In this document: positions 18,600 through 31,119 of the stretch, one piece after another | How the letters are laid out: every line of letters begins with the position of its first letter | How positions within the stretch are numbered: the stretch's first letter is position 1 | Source of the DNA: Tubulanus polymorphus | Taxonomy: Eukaryota; Animalia; Nemertea | Length of the DNA stretch: 49,000 bases | Direction: 5' to 3' | Assembly (NCBI RefSeq): GCF_964204645.1 | Contig: NW_027437483.1 | Span: 1 to 49,000, forward strand | Program-made: the position numbers and the translations under genes | Notes under the pieces: model-generated | What the model was told of the DNA's origin: nothing | Seen by the model: only the letters and a program-made list of their open reading frames with translations | Databases searched by the model: none

Positions 18600-18836
18600 T
18601 TATCGCCATCTATTGGAATTTGGCTGAACTGACTAGATAGCTCTTACTTGTCTCACTGAGTCTTCTTTAATCCGTTAGATTCACACTCGCCATCTGGTGG
18701 ATATAACCATCATTAGACTATAGTAGCATAGAAATCCTCCAGATGGCGAGTGTGATTTCAACCCACTGAGGAAGAGTCAGTGAGACAAATAAGAGCTATC
18801 TAGTGGGTTCATCCAAAATCCAATAGATGGCGATAA
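18600..18836. repeat. ~100-bp-arm imperfect inverted repeat (foldback/MITE-like) carrying four CTCF-like motifs
   Basis: ttatcgccatctattgga...tccaatagatggcgataa; inner arms actagatagctctta/taagagctatctagt and cacactcgccatctgg/ccagatggcgagtgtg. Confidence 0.85.
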
Positions 18837-18932
18837 TAGCATCATTATTCTATGTAGCAAAGGTTTTGGTTAGATTATCGTATCTTAAAACAACCCTTGC
18901 AATCATTTTATCAACACCTCGCCGGCCCAAAA

Positions 18933-19005
18933 AGCTCTCAGAAGGATTCTATCCTGCGACCCGCACCGTGGCAGCCGTGATCGCTAACCACTAGGCTACT
19001 GAACT
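18933..19005 (-). pseudogene. Degenerate tRNA (Gly-GCC-like) / tRNA-derived SINE head
   Basis: Minus strand: TAGCCTAGTGG A-box, loop CTGCCAC, degenerate B-box GGATAGAATCC. Confidence 0.5.
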
Positions 19006-20734
19006 GTGCCGACTGATCGAGTTTGTAAATATGATTGATTTACTGCTCATCGTATGCCTTCTACTGATATATAAAGAGACTTTAATTTATGATTCGACTG
19101 TGATGTCTTAATCGAATTCTTGACGTGGCCCTATTCAGTTCTATGACCAATTTTTTCAAACAGTGTTTTTTAATCTGAAGTTACGACATATTCACTAGTG
19201 GTACAAAGAGAAGCGAATCGTTTTTTATGCGCAACTAGTGAGACAAAGTCTACGCGGCCGGCCGCATCAAGGGATAGAAGAGGGTGAAATATATCGAGAT
19301 CTCTTTAGGATATAAGATATAGGGTCTCCTTATAAAACATGTACCTTCAGCTATAATCATCAATTTTCTTTGATTCATCCTAAATATGATTTATCCTTTC
19401 GATTAACTGAACCGTCAATCTCGGCGTTGATTTGTAAATAACTATCAATAAAAAGAGGAATTCGAATTTTATCACAAAAAAATTGCTTGTTAAATTGTTT
19501 TCAATCATGACTCATCTCGAATAGAATCCGTAAAAGGTGATACACGTGATATGTTAATTCGTGTACTCTTGAGTCCTTGATATCGACTCTACGATTTATA
19601 GTCCATGTTTAATTCAATTCCTGACGAACTAAAGAATTCTAGTGGCTATATAAACAGTAATTCAAACTACCATTATTCAAGTTAAAAAAAATATATCTCA
19701 GTGAAACATAAGCATCAATTCAATTACAAATTTCAGATGAATGGCATCATTTTGGTGGCAATGTTTTATTCGCATGCCACAGTAGGAATATCGAGACGTG
19801 TGAAATCTCAACTAACTAGTGCTGCCCCTATAAATATCGTTGACGGTGAATGTGTGAACTAACTAATTACTCGCGCGCCGCAGGAGGAATATCGTTCAGA
19901 CTTGTTAGTTCATTTATTTAGCGTTAACGATAGATTTAGGGGCAGCACTTGCCGGTCCAGATTAGTCACACGGCTAAAATCTGCGATAATTATAAGTTAT
20001 CAATAAATCATTAATTACTGTACTATTTATTTGGTTTGGGTCAAGTAACGGGTAAACTGCATCATTCACCAATCAGAAATCGGTTGTCCGGTAAAATCTC
20101 ACAATACGAAAAGAAGAACGAATGAGTCCGAATTCATTGAGCTACTCTAGTTTATCGCGGCCGCAATTCCAAACCTTTGTCGAAGATCTCGCAAAGATGT
20201 ACCGATTTGCCGACATGGTTCTCATATAGGGTCAGTTTGGTAATATAATTTTGTACGTTGAAGCAAACATTTATGGGCGATTCTATTATTTCTTAATTAG
20301 ATCAAAAACACTAATCAATATCATCAATTGAATTTAACAGTAAAGCCGTGATTAGTTGATTGTTCAGAGGTTGCGCATTTTATGAAACACACTGTAGCCT
20401 ATTTAGGTTGTGGTTAGTGTGAAAACTCGAAAGTCAAAAAGTAGATTGTATTGAAACCTCCGCTGATTCCTCAAGAAGAGTGATTCCTCAAGGAGAGTGA
20501 TTCCTCAAGGAGAGTGATTCCTCAAGGAGAGTGATTCCTCAAGGAGAGTGATTCTTAAGTATTCAACAATTCACTGAAGTTTAAATAGTGTTTATTAATC
20601 TAAATCTTAATTGAATATTTGTCATGTTAATCGTTAAAATATTAAACATAAAATGTTAAAACAATATTAAACATTAAACATATTAAACATAATGAATAAA
20701 AATATCATTGAATAAAATGATCTCAATAACCGAA

Positions 20735-21312
20735 TATTTAGTTGATACCGCGATGACAGCCTCTATTTAATTGATACCGCGATGACAGCCTCTATTTAAT
20801 TGATACCGCGCGGACAGCCTCTATTTAATTGATACCGCGCGGACAGCCTCCCTTTCTAGGATCAGAATAAGCATCTAATAGATATGATATCAGTTTGTGG
20901 TGGCTGTGAAGGCCTCTATTTAATTGATACCGCGCGGACAGCTTCTATTTAATTGATACCGCGCGGACAGCCTCTATTTAATTGATACCGCGCGGACAGC
21001 CTCCCTTTCTAGGATCAGAATAAGCATCTAATAGATATGATATCAGTTTGTGGTGGCTGTGAAGGCCTCTATTTAATTGATACCGCGCGGACAGCCTCTA
21101 TTTAATTGATACCGCGCGGACAGCCTCCCTTTCTAGGATCAGAATAAGCATCTAATAGATATGATATCAGTTTGTGGTGGCTGTGAAGGCCTCTATTTAA
21201 TTGATACCGCGCGGACAGCCTCTATTTAATTGATACCGCGCGGACAGCCTCCCTTTCTAGGATCAGAATAAGCATCTAATAGATATGATTTCAGTTTGTG
21301 GTGGCTGTGAAG
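20735..21312. repeat. Compound tandem duplication of the GGT C-terminal coding segment and stop codon
   Basis: Block aggatcagaataagcatctaatagatatga...ggctgtgaagg occurs four times, interleaved with 29-bp ttgataccgcgcggacagcctctatttaa units. Confidence 0.9.
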
Positions 21313-24300
21313 GCGTCTATGTATTGCTTGTACTACAGCTCCTCTTCCTTTCAATTTCACAAACTCATGACCTAATTCTTTAAGTCTATCACGAATATTC
21401 TGAAATAAATCAATAACGAAAAGGTTACAATGAGAGATACTGATACTGGTTATCGGATAGATACAGCTCGCCAAGTCGTACAGTAGAGCGATATGATCGA
21501 CCTATACAAAGTAAGTTAAAATTAGAAATACAAGTTAGGACCAAAAATAGAGACAACTTGGGAAATGTGACGATCGACTTCATCGAAATTCATACCTCAT
21601 CAAATTTCTCCTCATAGGTGACATTGTTTGGAATCCATTGGTGGTGCAAACGGGGAGAATCAACGCTTTCTTTCACTGATTTACCGAGCCACAGAGTCTG
21701 CGCTAATGTCTGAAAAATCAGTTCAATCCGATCAAACCTTGTGTTGAGAAGAGAGGTGGTCCGGGCAGGTGGTCAGGTAGGTGGTCAGGCTGGTGGTCAG
21801 GCAGGTGGTCAGGTAGGTGGTCAGGCAGGTGGTCAGGCAGGTGGTCAGGTAGGTGGTCTGGTAGGTGGTCTGGCAGGTGGTCAGGCAGGTGGTCAGGTAG
21901 GTGGTCTGGTAGGTGGTCAGGCAGGTGGTCAGGCAGGTGGTCAGGCAGGTGGTCAGGCAGGTGGTCAGGTAGGTTGTCTGGTAGGTGGTCAGGCAGGTGG
22001 TCAGGCAGGTGGTCAGGCAGGTGGTCTGGTAGGTGGTCTGGTAGGTGGTCTGGTAGGTGGTCTGGTAGGTGGTCTGGTAGGTGGTCAGGCAGGTGGTCAG
22101 GCAGGTGGTCAGGCAGGTGGTCAGGCAGGTGGTCAGGTAGGTGGTCTGGCAGGTGGTCAGGCAGGTGGTCAGGCAGGTGGTCAGGTAGGTGGTCTGGTAG
22201 GTGGTCAGGCAGGTGGTCAGGTAGGTGGTCTGGTAGGTGGTCAGGCAGGTGGTCAGGTAGGTGGTCTGGTAGGTGGTCTGGTAGGTGGTCAGGTAGGTGG
22301 TCTGGTAGGTGGTCAGGTAGGTGGTCTGGTAGGTGGTCTGGTAGGTGGTCAGGCAGGTGGTCTGGTAGGTGGTCAGGCAGGTGGTCAGGTAGGTGGTCTG
22401 GTAGGTGGTCTGGTAGGTGGTCAGGTAGGTGGTCTGGTAGGTGGTCAGGTAGGTGGTCTGGTAGGTGGTCAGGCAGGTGGTCTGGTAGGTGGTCTGGTAG
22501 GTGGTCTGGTAGGTGGTCTGGTAGGTGGTCAGGCAGGTGGTCAGGCAGGTGGTCAGGTAGGTGGTCAGGTAGGTGGTCTGGTAGGTGGTCTGGTAGGTGG
22601 TCTGGTAGGTGGTCAGACAGGTGGTCAGGTAGGTGGTCTGGTAGGTGGTCTGGTAGGTGGTCTGGTAGGTGGTCAGGCAGGTGGTCAGGCAGGTGGTCAG
22701 GTAGGTGGTCAGGCAGGTGGTCAGGCAGGTGGTCAGGCAGGTGGTCAGGCAGGTGGTCTGGCAGGTGGTCAGGTAGGTGGTCAGGCAGGTGGTCAGGCAG
22801 GTGGTCAGGTAGGTGGTCTGGCAGGTGGTCAGGCAGGTGGTCTGGTAGGTGGTCAGGCAGGTGGTCAGGTAGGTGGTCTGGTAGGTGGTCTGGTAGGTGG
22901 TCTGGTAGGTGGTCAGGTAGGTGGTCTGGTAGGTGGTCTGGTAGGTGGTCTGGTAGGTGGTCTGGTAGGTGGTCAGGCAGGTGGTCAGGCAGGTGGTCAG
23001 GTAGGTGGTCAGGCAGGTGGTCAGGCAGGTGGTCAGGCAGGTGGTCAGGCAGGTGGTCTGGCAGGTGGTCAGGTAGGTGGTCAGGCAGGTGGTCAGGCAG
23101 GTGGTCAGGTAGGTGGTCTGGTAGGTGGTCTGGCAGGTGGTCAGGCTGGTGGTCAGGCAGGTGTTCAGGCAGGTGGTCAGGCAGGTGGTCAGGTAGGTGG
23201 TCTGGCAGGTGGTCAGGCAGGTGGTCTGGTAGGTGGTCTGGTAGGTGGTCTGGCAGGTGGTCAGGCTGGTGGTCAGGCAGGTGTTCAGGCAGGTGGTCAG
23301 GCAGGTGGTCTGGTAGGTGGTCAGGTAGGTGGTCAGGCAGGTGGTCAGGCAGGTGGTCAGGCAGGTGGTCAGGCAGGTGGTCAGGCAGGTGGTCTGGTAG
23401 GTGGTCAGGCAGGTGGTCAGGCAGGTGGTCAGGCAGGTGGTCAGGCAAATGGAGAAGTGGTTCTTACCTGAACTATTGAAGATATGATTTTACTTCCACC
23501 GGAAGCACCTAAAGTATCGACAACATCACCATTATAGTCTGTCACAATCGTAGGTGACATTGAAGACATCGGTCGTTTTCCAGGCTCGATATAATTAGAC
23601 TCGGACGGAGCGAATCCGAATCCATTAGTCTGATTCGGGGTCGAGAAATCATCCATTTCATTATTGAATATTATATTTGTTCGATTGCCCATCGTTTTAG
23701 ATCCAAAACTGAAATGAGAAAATTACAAATAAAATAACTCAATTGAGGGAATTAATATCAAAGATGTAGATCAGTGGAACTCAGATGTAGATCAGTAGAA
23801 CTCAGATGTAGATTAGTGGAACTCAGATGTAGGTCAGTGAAACTTAGATGTAGATTAGTAGAACTCCAATAATAAGAACTTAGATAATTATTACTTACTA
23901 GAAATTAATAGTTGAAGTCAAAGCGACCGCGTCTCCATTAGGGGCGACTATTGAGAAATGTGATGTACCGGTCTGATCCAGTTTAGATGTCTGATTTCCA
24001 TAAAATGAAGGTTCATGCGTTGTATTATCAGAAATCAGATTTCTATGAAATGTTGCGTAAGATTGAGACGTTAGATTGTTCACTAACTGAAATCAGATTT
24101 TAAAAAACAATACATAACAATACACACCGCACACGCGGGTATTTGACCAATACACACCGCACACGCGGGTATCCGACCAATGCACACCGCACACGCGGGT
24201 ATTTGACCAATACACGCCGCACACGCGGGTATCTGACCAATACACGCCGCACACGCGGGTATTAGACCAATACACACCGCACACGCGGGTATCCGACAGC

Positions 24301-24502
24301 ACATTACCTGTTTATTGGGAACGAAATCTTCATCACCAAGTTCTGACCTCGCTGCATATCCAAACTTCATCGCTTCAATAAATCTATGGTAGAATAAAGT
24401 CTGTCTCTCTGTTTGATTCAGTGTTACGCGTCTGGTTAAATATCCAGGTTTATATTGATAACCTATAGATAATATACTATAGATACAGTAAGTGTGAGCT
24501 GC

Positions 24503-24535
<33 letters not shown>

Positions 24536-24547
24536 CACAGACACACA

Positions 24548-24628
<81 letters not shown>

Positions 24629-27521
24629 AGACACACACACACACAGACAGACACAGACACACACACACACACACACACAGACACACACACACACACACAC
24701 ACAGACAGACACACAGACAGACACACACACAGACAGACACACAGACAGACAGACAGACAGACACACCCACAGACAGACAGACAGACACACAGACAGACAG
24801 ACACACACACACACACACAGACAGACAGACAGACACACACACAGACAGACACGCACACAGACACACACACAGACAGACAGACACACAGACAGACACACAC
24901 AGACAGACAGACACACAGACAGACAGACACACACACACACACAGACAGACACACACAGACACACACACAGACAGACACACACACACAGACAGACACAGAC
25001 AGACACACACAGACAGACAGACACACAGACAGACAGACAGACACACACACGCACACAGACAGACAGACACACACACAGACAGACACACACACAGACACAC
25101 ACAGACACACACAGACAGACACACACAGACACACAGACACACAGACAGACAGACACACACACACACACACACAGACAGACAGACGCACAGACAGACAGAC
25201 AGACAGACACACACAGACAGACAGACACACAGACAGACAGACACACAGACAGACAGACAGACAGACACACAGACAGACACACAGACAGACAGACACACAC
25301 AGACAGACAGACACACAGACAGACACACAGACAGACGCACAGACAGACAGACACACACACACAGACAGACAGACAGACACACAGACACACAGACACACAA
25401 ACAGACACACAGACACACAGACACACACACAGACACACAGACACACAAACAGACACACAGACACACAGACAGTGGTGTCATTACATACCATCTAATATAC
25501 TGAGTATATGACCAACAATAGCACCAGATGACGGAGGAGGTAGAGAATTAACTGTTAGACCATAATCGAGTTGAACAGATAGAGCAGTTCGCCACTTAGG
25601 GTAATAATCACTTAAATCATCTTTAGTTATAATTGATGCTAAAATATAAACATTAACAGTTATTGAACCGGGGTAAGGAGCAGGACGCGAGGATGGATCG
25701 AGCTCCTGAACCGGGTGAGGAGCAGGACGCGAGGATGGATCGAGCTCCTGAACCGGGTAAGGAGTAGGACGCGAGGATGGATCGAGCTCCTGAACCCGGG
25801 TAAGGAGCAGGACGCGAGGATGGATCGAGCTCCTGAACCCGGGTAAGGAGCAGGACGCGAAGATGAATCGAGCTCCTGAACCCGGGTATCTACTCACAAT
25901 ATTCGTTTAGATCTGCTATGACGTCATCAGCTAATGATCCGTTATAAAATGTTGCCGCTCCTTCTTTTGAAATTCGTTTCATCGTTTCTGCTAAAATTGG
26001 TCGTTTTATTTTTTCACCAATTTTGTAAAGTTGACCGGTTTTGGGGTTAATGAACGTCGCCCTTACAATCAGACAAATAATCAATTAATAAATCAATCAA
26101 GCAATCAATCAAGCAATCAATCAATCAATCGAAACGATGAATGTGAACACCTAGATTGAATACTTACTTCATATATGGATTACTGTTGATGTCGGTTAGT
26201 TTTAATTGCGCTGCTAAGAAAGTCGCTTCCGTCATCGGAATTCCTTCATTACAGAGTTTAATGATTGGTTGAAATAGATCTTCCCATTTCAACACTCCGA
26301 ATTTCTGATGAGCTGACCAATATCCGGAAACAACTCCCGGTACAGCGACTGACTTCCCACCTAACAACAAAAACCAAATACAAGGGGACCGGATCCACAT
26401 ATTGTGGAACTGGTCCCTAACTACCCGGGAGCTGCATTATTGTTTTACCTAAGGTTGAATCTTGAGGATTATCGACATACATGTCTTCAGTAGCCGCTTG
26501 TGGCGCCACCTCACGGGAATCAAGCGCATAGAACTTCTTGGAAGCCCTGAAAGAATTTCACGTTTTAGACTCAGGGGAGGGAAAGGGGGAGGGTAGGGGG
26601 TGGGGCGTTGAGTGGATCTTAAAAACTAACCTGTGATAATAAATCATGAAGAAACCTCCTCCTAAACCAGTACTGTGAGAATTAGCTAAACCTAAACATA
26701 AATCAGTAGTGATAGCAGAATCAACAGCTGAACCACCACGTTTTAGAATCTCACTGAAATGAAAACAGAAACAAGTGAACGCGATCTGTTCGAACCTACA
26801 TACAAACAATATTATAATACTTACACGCCGAGACTTGAACAAATATCAGCATCAGTTACAACTGTAGCTTTCGAATACGATTTCATCGATCCATCACATT
26901 TTACAGGTTGGGTGGTGGCGGGTTGGGTGGTGGCGGGTTGGGTGTGAAATTGGGGCATCAAACCGAAAACTAGTCCAAGGATTGCAGCTAATCCTACGCA
27001 TACACATAACCCGAAAAGTACACCTGACCCGCACTGAGATGTCGAATTACTGCAAGATTTAAAAACACGGAAAAAATATAACAAAACTTTCAAAAACAAT
27101 TAAAAAACCGTTAAATTGTTTTACCTTTTTTCGTTGTCATCATCAATAATAAGAACATCCTCGCTATATGATGTAGCAGCTAAAATGAATAAAACAGTTT
27201 TTAAATTTCGAAATATCAAAAGCACGAGGATCGGATCCATGGGCGATTCCATGCCCGACAGTCCGGACCCGCGCCTCAGTCGCGAATCCATGGGCGATTA
27301 CATGCCCGACAGTCCGGACCCGCGCCTCACTCGCGAATCCATGGGCGATTCCATGCCCGACAGTCCGGACCCGCGACTGACTGCGGCGCGAGGAGCCTTG
27401 CGCTGTATTATAAATGACCACATCATTATTTCGCAACCACCAGTTTTTAGCTGAGACAGTTTTAGTAAAGCTTAATGTTATTTTATAGCTGTAATATATA
27501 TATATAACTATTACCTTTCAT
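21226..27521 (-). CDS. Gamma-glutamyltranspeptidase / glutathione hydrolase (type II membrane, ~13 exons)
   Basis: Exons spell a TM anchor ([18 protein letters not shown]), [45 protein letters not shown], catalytic [53 protein letters not shown]. First exons 27515-27521 and 27125-27179 splice in phase with GT-AG. Confidence 0.92.
21755..23447. repeat. Intronic 12-bp minisatellite (GGTGGTCWGGYA)n
   Basis: About 140 units with two binary variable positions. Confidence 0.97.
24118..24298. repeat. Intronic 30-bp minisatellite
   Basis: caatacacaccgcacacgcgggtatttgac x6. Confidence 0.9.
24503..25470. repeat. Intronic compound (CA)/(GACA) microsatellite
   Basis: Read directly. Confidence 0.97.
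25666..25887. repeat. Intronic ~42-bp minisatellite
   Basis: gaaccgggtaaggagcaggacgcgaggatggatcgagctcct x5. Confidence 0.9.
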
Positions 27522-28047
27522 CTTACTGAAATATCTTGATCCTTCAAGTCAATTTCTCCTCTAAGACCTTCTACTCCTGGAGTAACTTTACAATCAAAGA
27601 GTTATTTGTATATATATAACCGGTTATTATGTGCCCGTTTTTCTCAAGTTTAGTGTTCTTGGTCACGTGCACACAATCACAAAAGCTAATTTAATTTTAC
27701 AGTCACTTTAGTGACAACATAAATAACCTTAAAAAGTGCTTTTCATGGAAATCAATTCAAATATTTTTAGCCATTTTGCACTAGAAATTACAAAATAACA
27801 CAGCGGTTGTGAACATACAGCACAGCCAGTTAAATAGATTCTCAACTCATATTGTATGTTAATAAACCTTGTTCTTTTATTCAGTTATTTGAAGATATTT
27901 GTCCTCAATGTGAAATTTGTCGACGTTCAGTAGGCTATATATACAGTGTCTATTGTTGCACTTTTTGATTTAGAGTTGACAATGTTTTAGCGTTGAGAAA
28001 ATTGCAAATATTTCACCGAGTTGAGACAGTTTTAGTAAAGATTTCTG

Positions 28048-28616
28048 TACCGTTGGGGCCGAGTTGAGAATCAGGGATCTCCGTAGCGTTAGGGCTGAGT
28101 TGAGAATCAGGGATCTCCGTACCGTTGGGGCTGAGTTGAGAATCAGGGATCTCCGTACCGTTGGGGCCGAGTTGAGAATCAGGGATCTCCGTAGCGTTGG
28201 GGCTGAGTTGAGAATCAGGGATCTCCGTAGCGTTGGGGCTGAGTTGAGAATCAGGGATCTCCGTAGCGTTGGGGCCGAGTTAAGAATCAGGGATCTCCGT
28301 AGCGTTGGGGCCGAGTTGAGAATCAGGGATCTCCGTAGCGTTAGGGCCGAGTTAAGAATCAGGGATCTCCGTAGAGTTGCGGCTGAGTTAAGAATCAGGG
28401 ATCTCCGTAGCGTTAGGGCTGAGTTGAGAATCAGGGATCTCCGTAGCGTTGGGGCTGAGTTAAGAATCAGGGATCTCCGTACCGTTGGGGCGGAGTTGAG
28501 AATCAGGGATCTCCGTACCGTTGGGGCTGAGTTAAGAATCAGGGATCTCCGTAGCGTTGGGCTCAGTTGAGAATCAAAAATCTCCGTACCGTTAGGGCTG
28601 AGTTGAGAATCAGGGA
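28048..28616. repeat. 39-bp minisatellite
   Basis: gagttgagaatcagggatctccgtagcgttggggct-type unit x~14. Confidence 0.93.
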
Positions 28617-28876
28617 CATTCCAAGATTTTCCAAATAAGTCTATCTGGTTTGGGCCACGTTTCATGTGAACATGAGGTAACGGAGACATCTTGCGATTCG
28701 TATCATCGGGTCCGACTGAACCTCGTTATAACGAGGTCCGTTGTTGTAATGAGGTTCCACTGTAACTCTTAGATATATGTAATACACAAACAATGTTCAT
28801 TGATTTTAAACAGTATATTAATAATATTTATTCATACTATTGTCATTATACTAGTGTCAAATACAAATACAACGTA

Positions 28877-30640
28877 TTATTTCATATTATTTCTATAATT
28901 GTGAAGTTGATGGTATTTATTGAAACATTCCCCGAGGTGAAGAGTTGGTTGATCGGAACATGTTGCGCAATAATAAGTGGAATCACGTCTGTTACCGTTA
29001 CTACGATCACTACAAACACGACATTGTCTGCTGCGTCTGGGCCGGTGACCGATAGCGTGGAAACAATCATTTAAACGTTCTAACGCCCCCGCATCCCCTG
29101 ACAACGCTTTCCTTTTTACTGCAGGAGCAGGGTTTCCGTTTTTGACCAGATCTACGACTAATTCTTCGCGGAATTTTAACAATGTGAAACATCTTTGGTC
29201 GTCTCCAAATTTCAACTTGCGTAAAACGAAAGCATTAGTTACAGACGCCTCGAGTAGCCAGAAAAACACTTTCTTCCACCATTTAATATTCTTTGTGGAA
29301 GGGTTGTAAAATTTATTGTAATGATCGAATAATTCGAGAGAAGAAGTGTTTCTATCGTAGTCTATGATAGTAGTCGGTCTAGTGATACCTTTAGCCGGAG
29401 TACGTCCACCTTTAACTCTATCCTTCATCGTTTCATCTCCTTTATTCCTAGTACTGATCATTGTATATAAATGTTTATCCATCCAGTTTAATATGAGAAT
29501 GTTTCCTCTACGAAACGCTGTGATATTCCCGCGTTTCATGTTTCTCGTATCTCGAGCCTGTTTCGGGATTCCCCGCGAGTTTAAGTTTATCGCTCCCGTT
29601 AAATGGTAACCTTTCGCGTATAAGTTTTCAGCTAATGCGATACTACTATTCATCCGATCGCAGTATATGTGCTGCCCTCTATTGGAATACGCGCTCACTA
29701 TATCGATGACTGTTTGCGCTGATTTCGTTAGTCCCGGTTCGACGAGTCGATCATCGTCATGACTACCACAATCTAGGATAGCGTTCAGCAGGTAGCCCGT
29801 ATGGGGACACGCCAGTGTTTTCAGCGATAAACCCCATTTATTCGGTTTACGGGATCTCGAAACCTTGAATGCAACGCGACCTTTAAATCCGATTAGAGAG
29901 TCCTGAACCGCGATTTCCTCGTATGGCGTGTAATATTTCTGAAAGTTCGCGACTAGTTTCGAAATTAACGACGTTATTTTATTATTATCAGATAACGCGG
30001 GGTCCGAGTGACACACATGCAGCGTTGTGTGATACAGTAAATAAAACCGACTCGCCGAAATCACATCTCCAAAAAACGGAACTTTCTGCGACCATTTCTG
30101 CGACCAGTAAGAATCGATTCCAGGCGGCAGACGGATTATACCCATATTCAATACAACGCCTAGAAACCGATAAAACTCTGCTGTATCTGTCGGTTTCCAT
30201 TGTTTAAACCGTGAATATGCGCTCAGATTAACAGTATTGATTTTCTCATCCGCGTAACGGTTTATTTCTGAAACAATTTCACTCACTATTTCAACCGTGA
30301 AAAGCAATTTAAAGTAATCGATACTGGAGGATTGATGGTTAAACTGTGAGAGATTGCGAGGTCCGCTCTGATTGGGTGGATTAAACCAGAGAATATCAGG
30401 ACCTGGATCGTCATACTTCACATCACTCCATCCGGCTTCATCATCCGGTGACTCGGATTCAGACATTCCTTCTCCCGCCGTGGCCGCATTATCAGCCGGC
30501 TCCTCTATATCTTCACTTGCCATAGTCTCCTCTTCACTCTCCTCGTCATCTGTATCTGTATCATCGTCATCATCTGAATTTAACGCGTCTAAAATCAGAT
30601 GATTAGCTTCAGTAGACGATAATGTTCGATGAGCCGCCAT
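28877..30640 (-). CDS. piggyBac transposase-derived protein (PGBD4-like), intronless, probably domesticated and catalytically altered
   Basis: Acidic N-terminus, YFKLLFT, W...EFYRFLG, FKGR..KPNKWG, IYCDR, W.DK, KWWKKVFFWLLE....NAF, C-terminal Cys-rich domain CRVC..YYCATC..LHLGECF..YH. Confidence 0.9.
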   Translation of the reverse strand: MAAHRTLSSTEANHLILDALNSDDDDDTDTDDEESEEETMASEDIEEPADNAATAGEGMSESESPDDEAGWSDVKYDDPGPDILWFNPPNQSGPRNLSQFNHQSSSIDYFKLLFTVEIVSEIVSEINRYADEKINTVNLSAYSRFKQWKPTDTAEFYRFLGVVLNMGIIRLPPGIDSYWSQKWSQKVPFFGDVISASRFYLLYHTTLHVCHSDPALSDNNKITSLISKLVANFQKYYTPYEEIAVQDSLIGFKGRVAFKVSRSRKPNKWGLSLKTLACPHTGYLLNAILDCGSHDDDRLVEPGLTKSAQTVIDIVSAYSNRGQHIYCDRMNSSIALAENLYAKGYHLTGAINLNSRGIPKQARDTRNMKRGNITAFRRGNILILNWMDKHLYTMISTRNKGDETMKDRVKGGRTPAKGITRPTTIIDYDRNTSSLELFDHYNKFYNPSTKNIKWWKKVFFWLLEASVTNAFVLRKLKFGDDQRCFTLLKFREELVVDLVKNGNPAPAVKRKALSGDAGALERLNDCFHAIGHRPRRSRQCRVCSDRSNGNRRDSTYYCATCSDQPTLHLGECFNKYHQLHNYRNNMK

Positions 30641-30795
30641 TGCTCATGTCCGGAAGTAGGTTAACAGTGCGAACTTAAAGCCAACCGTCAAAGTCTGATT
30701 TCAAAATCAAATTAAACTTTATTCAACAAGTAGTCGACCGGCGCCGGCGTTTAGTGATAACCATTAAATGGCGGTCATTTGAATTTGATTGAAAG

Positions 30796-31081
30796 ATGAA
30801 TTCCAGAGCGGCAAAAACTCCTAATTATAAATCAGCGCAACAAGTTAAAGCTGGAACTCGCAGGTAAAATTACTGGTTTTACTAAAGAGACTGAGGGGAG
30901 GGGGGTGAACTCGTGTAGGGAGTGACTCTCATCTCTCGGGGGATCACGACTTGTTCAAGTGGAGGTGACTGACACTCCCACTATCGATCATTGTATCTTT
31001 TATTATAGCACTAAGAATAGTACTTAGTTAGAACAAGTTGTTTTGAGTTCATTGAGTGACTCAGCAGCAGCAACAGCACCA

Positions 31082-31119
<38 letters not shown>

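Noticed and set aside
21718-23479. 500-576-aa ORFs (PDHL)n, (GGQA)n, (SGRW)n
   Set aside because: Stop-free 12-bp intronic minisatellite inside the GGT gene.
24083-25495. Long Cys/Val or Thr/His/Asp ORFs
   Set aside because: Translations of a CA/GACA microsatellite.
27970-28689. 239-aa and 168-aa repetitive ORFs
   Set aside because: 39-bp minisatellite with no coding evidence.
28700-28765. pogo/Tigger-like MITE end (…gaggttccactgta) as a terminal repeat for the piggyBac ORF
   Set aside because: Wrong superfamily signature (TA/CAGT, not TTAA/CC) and no matching partner end found.
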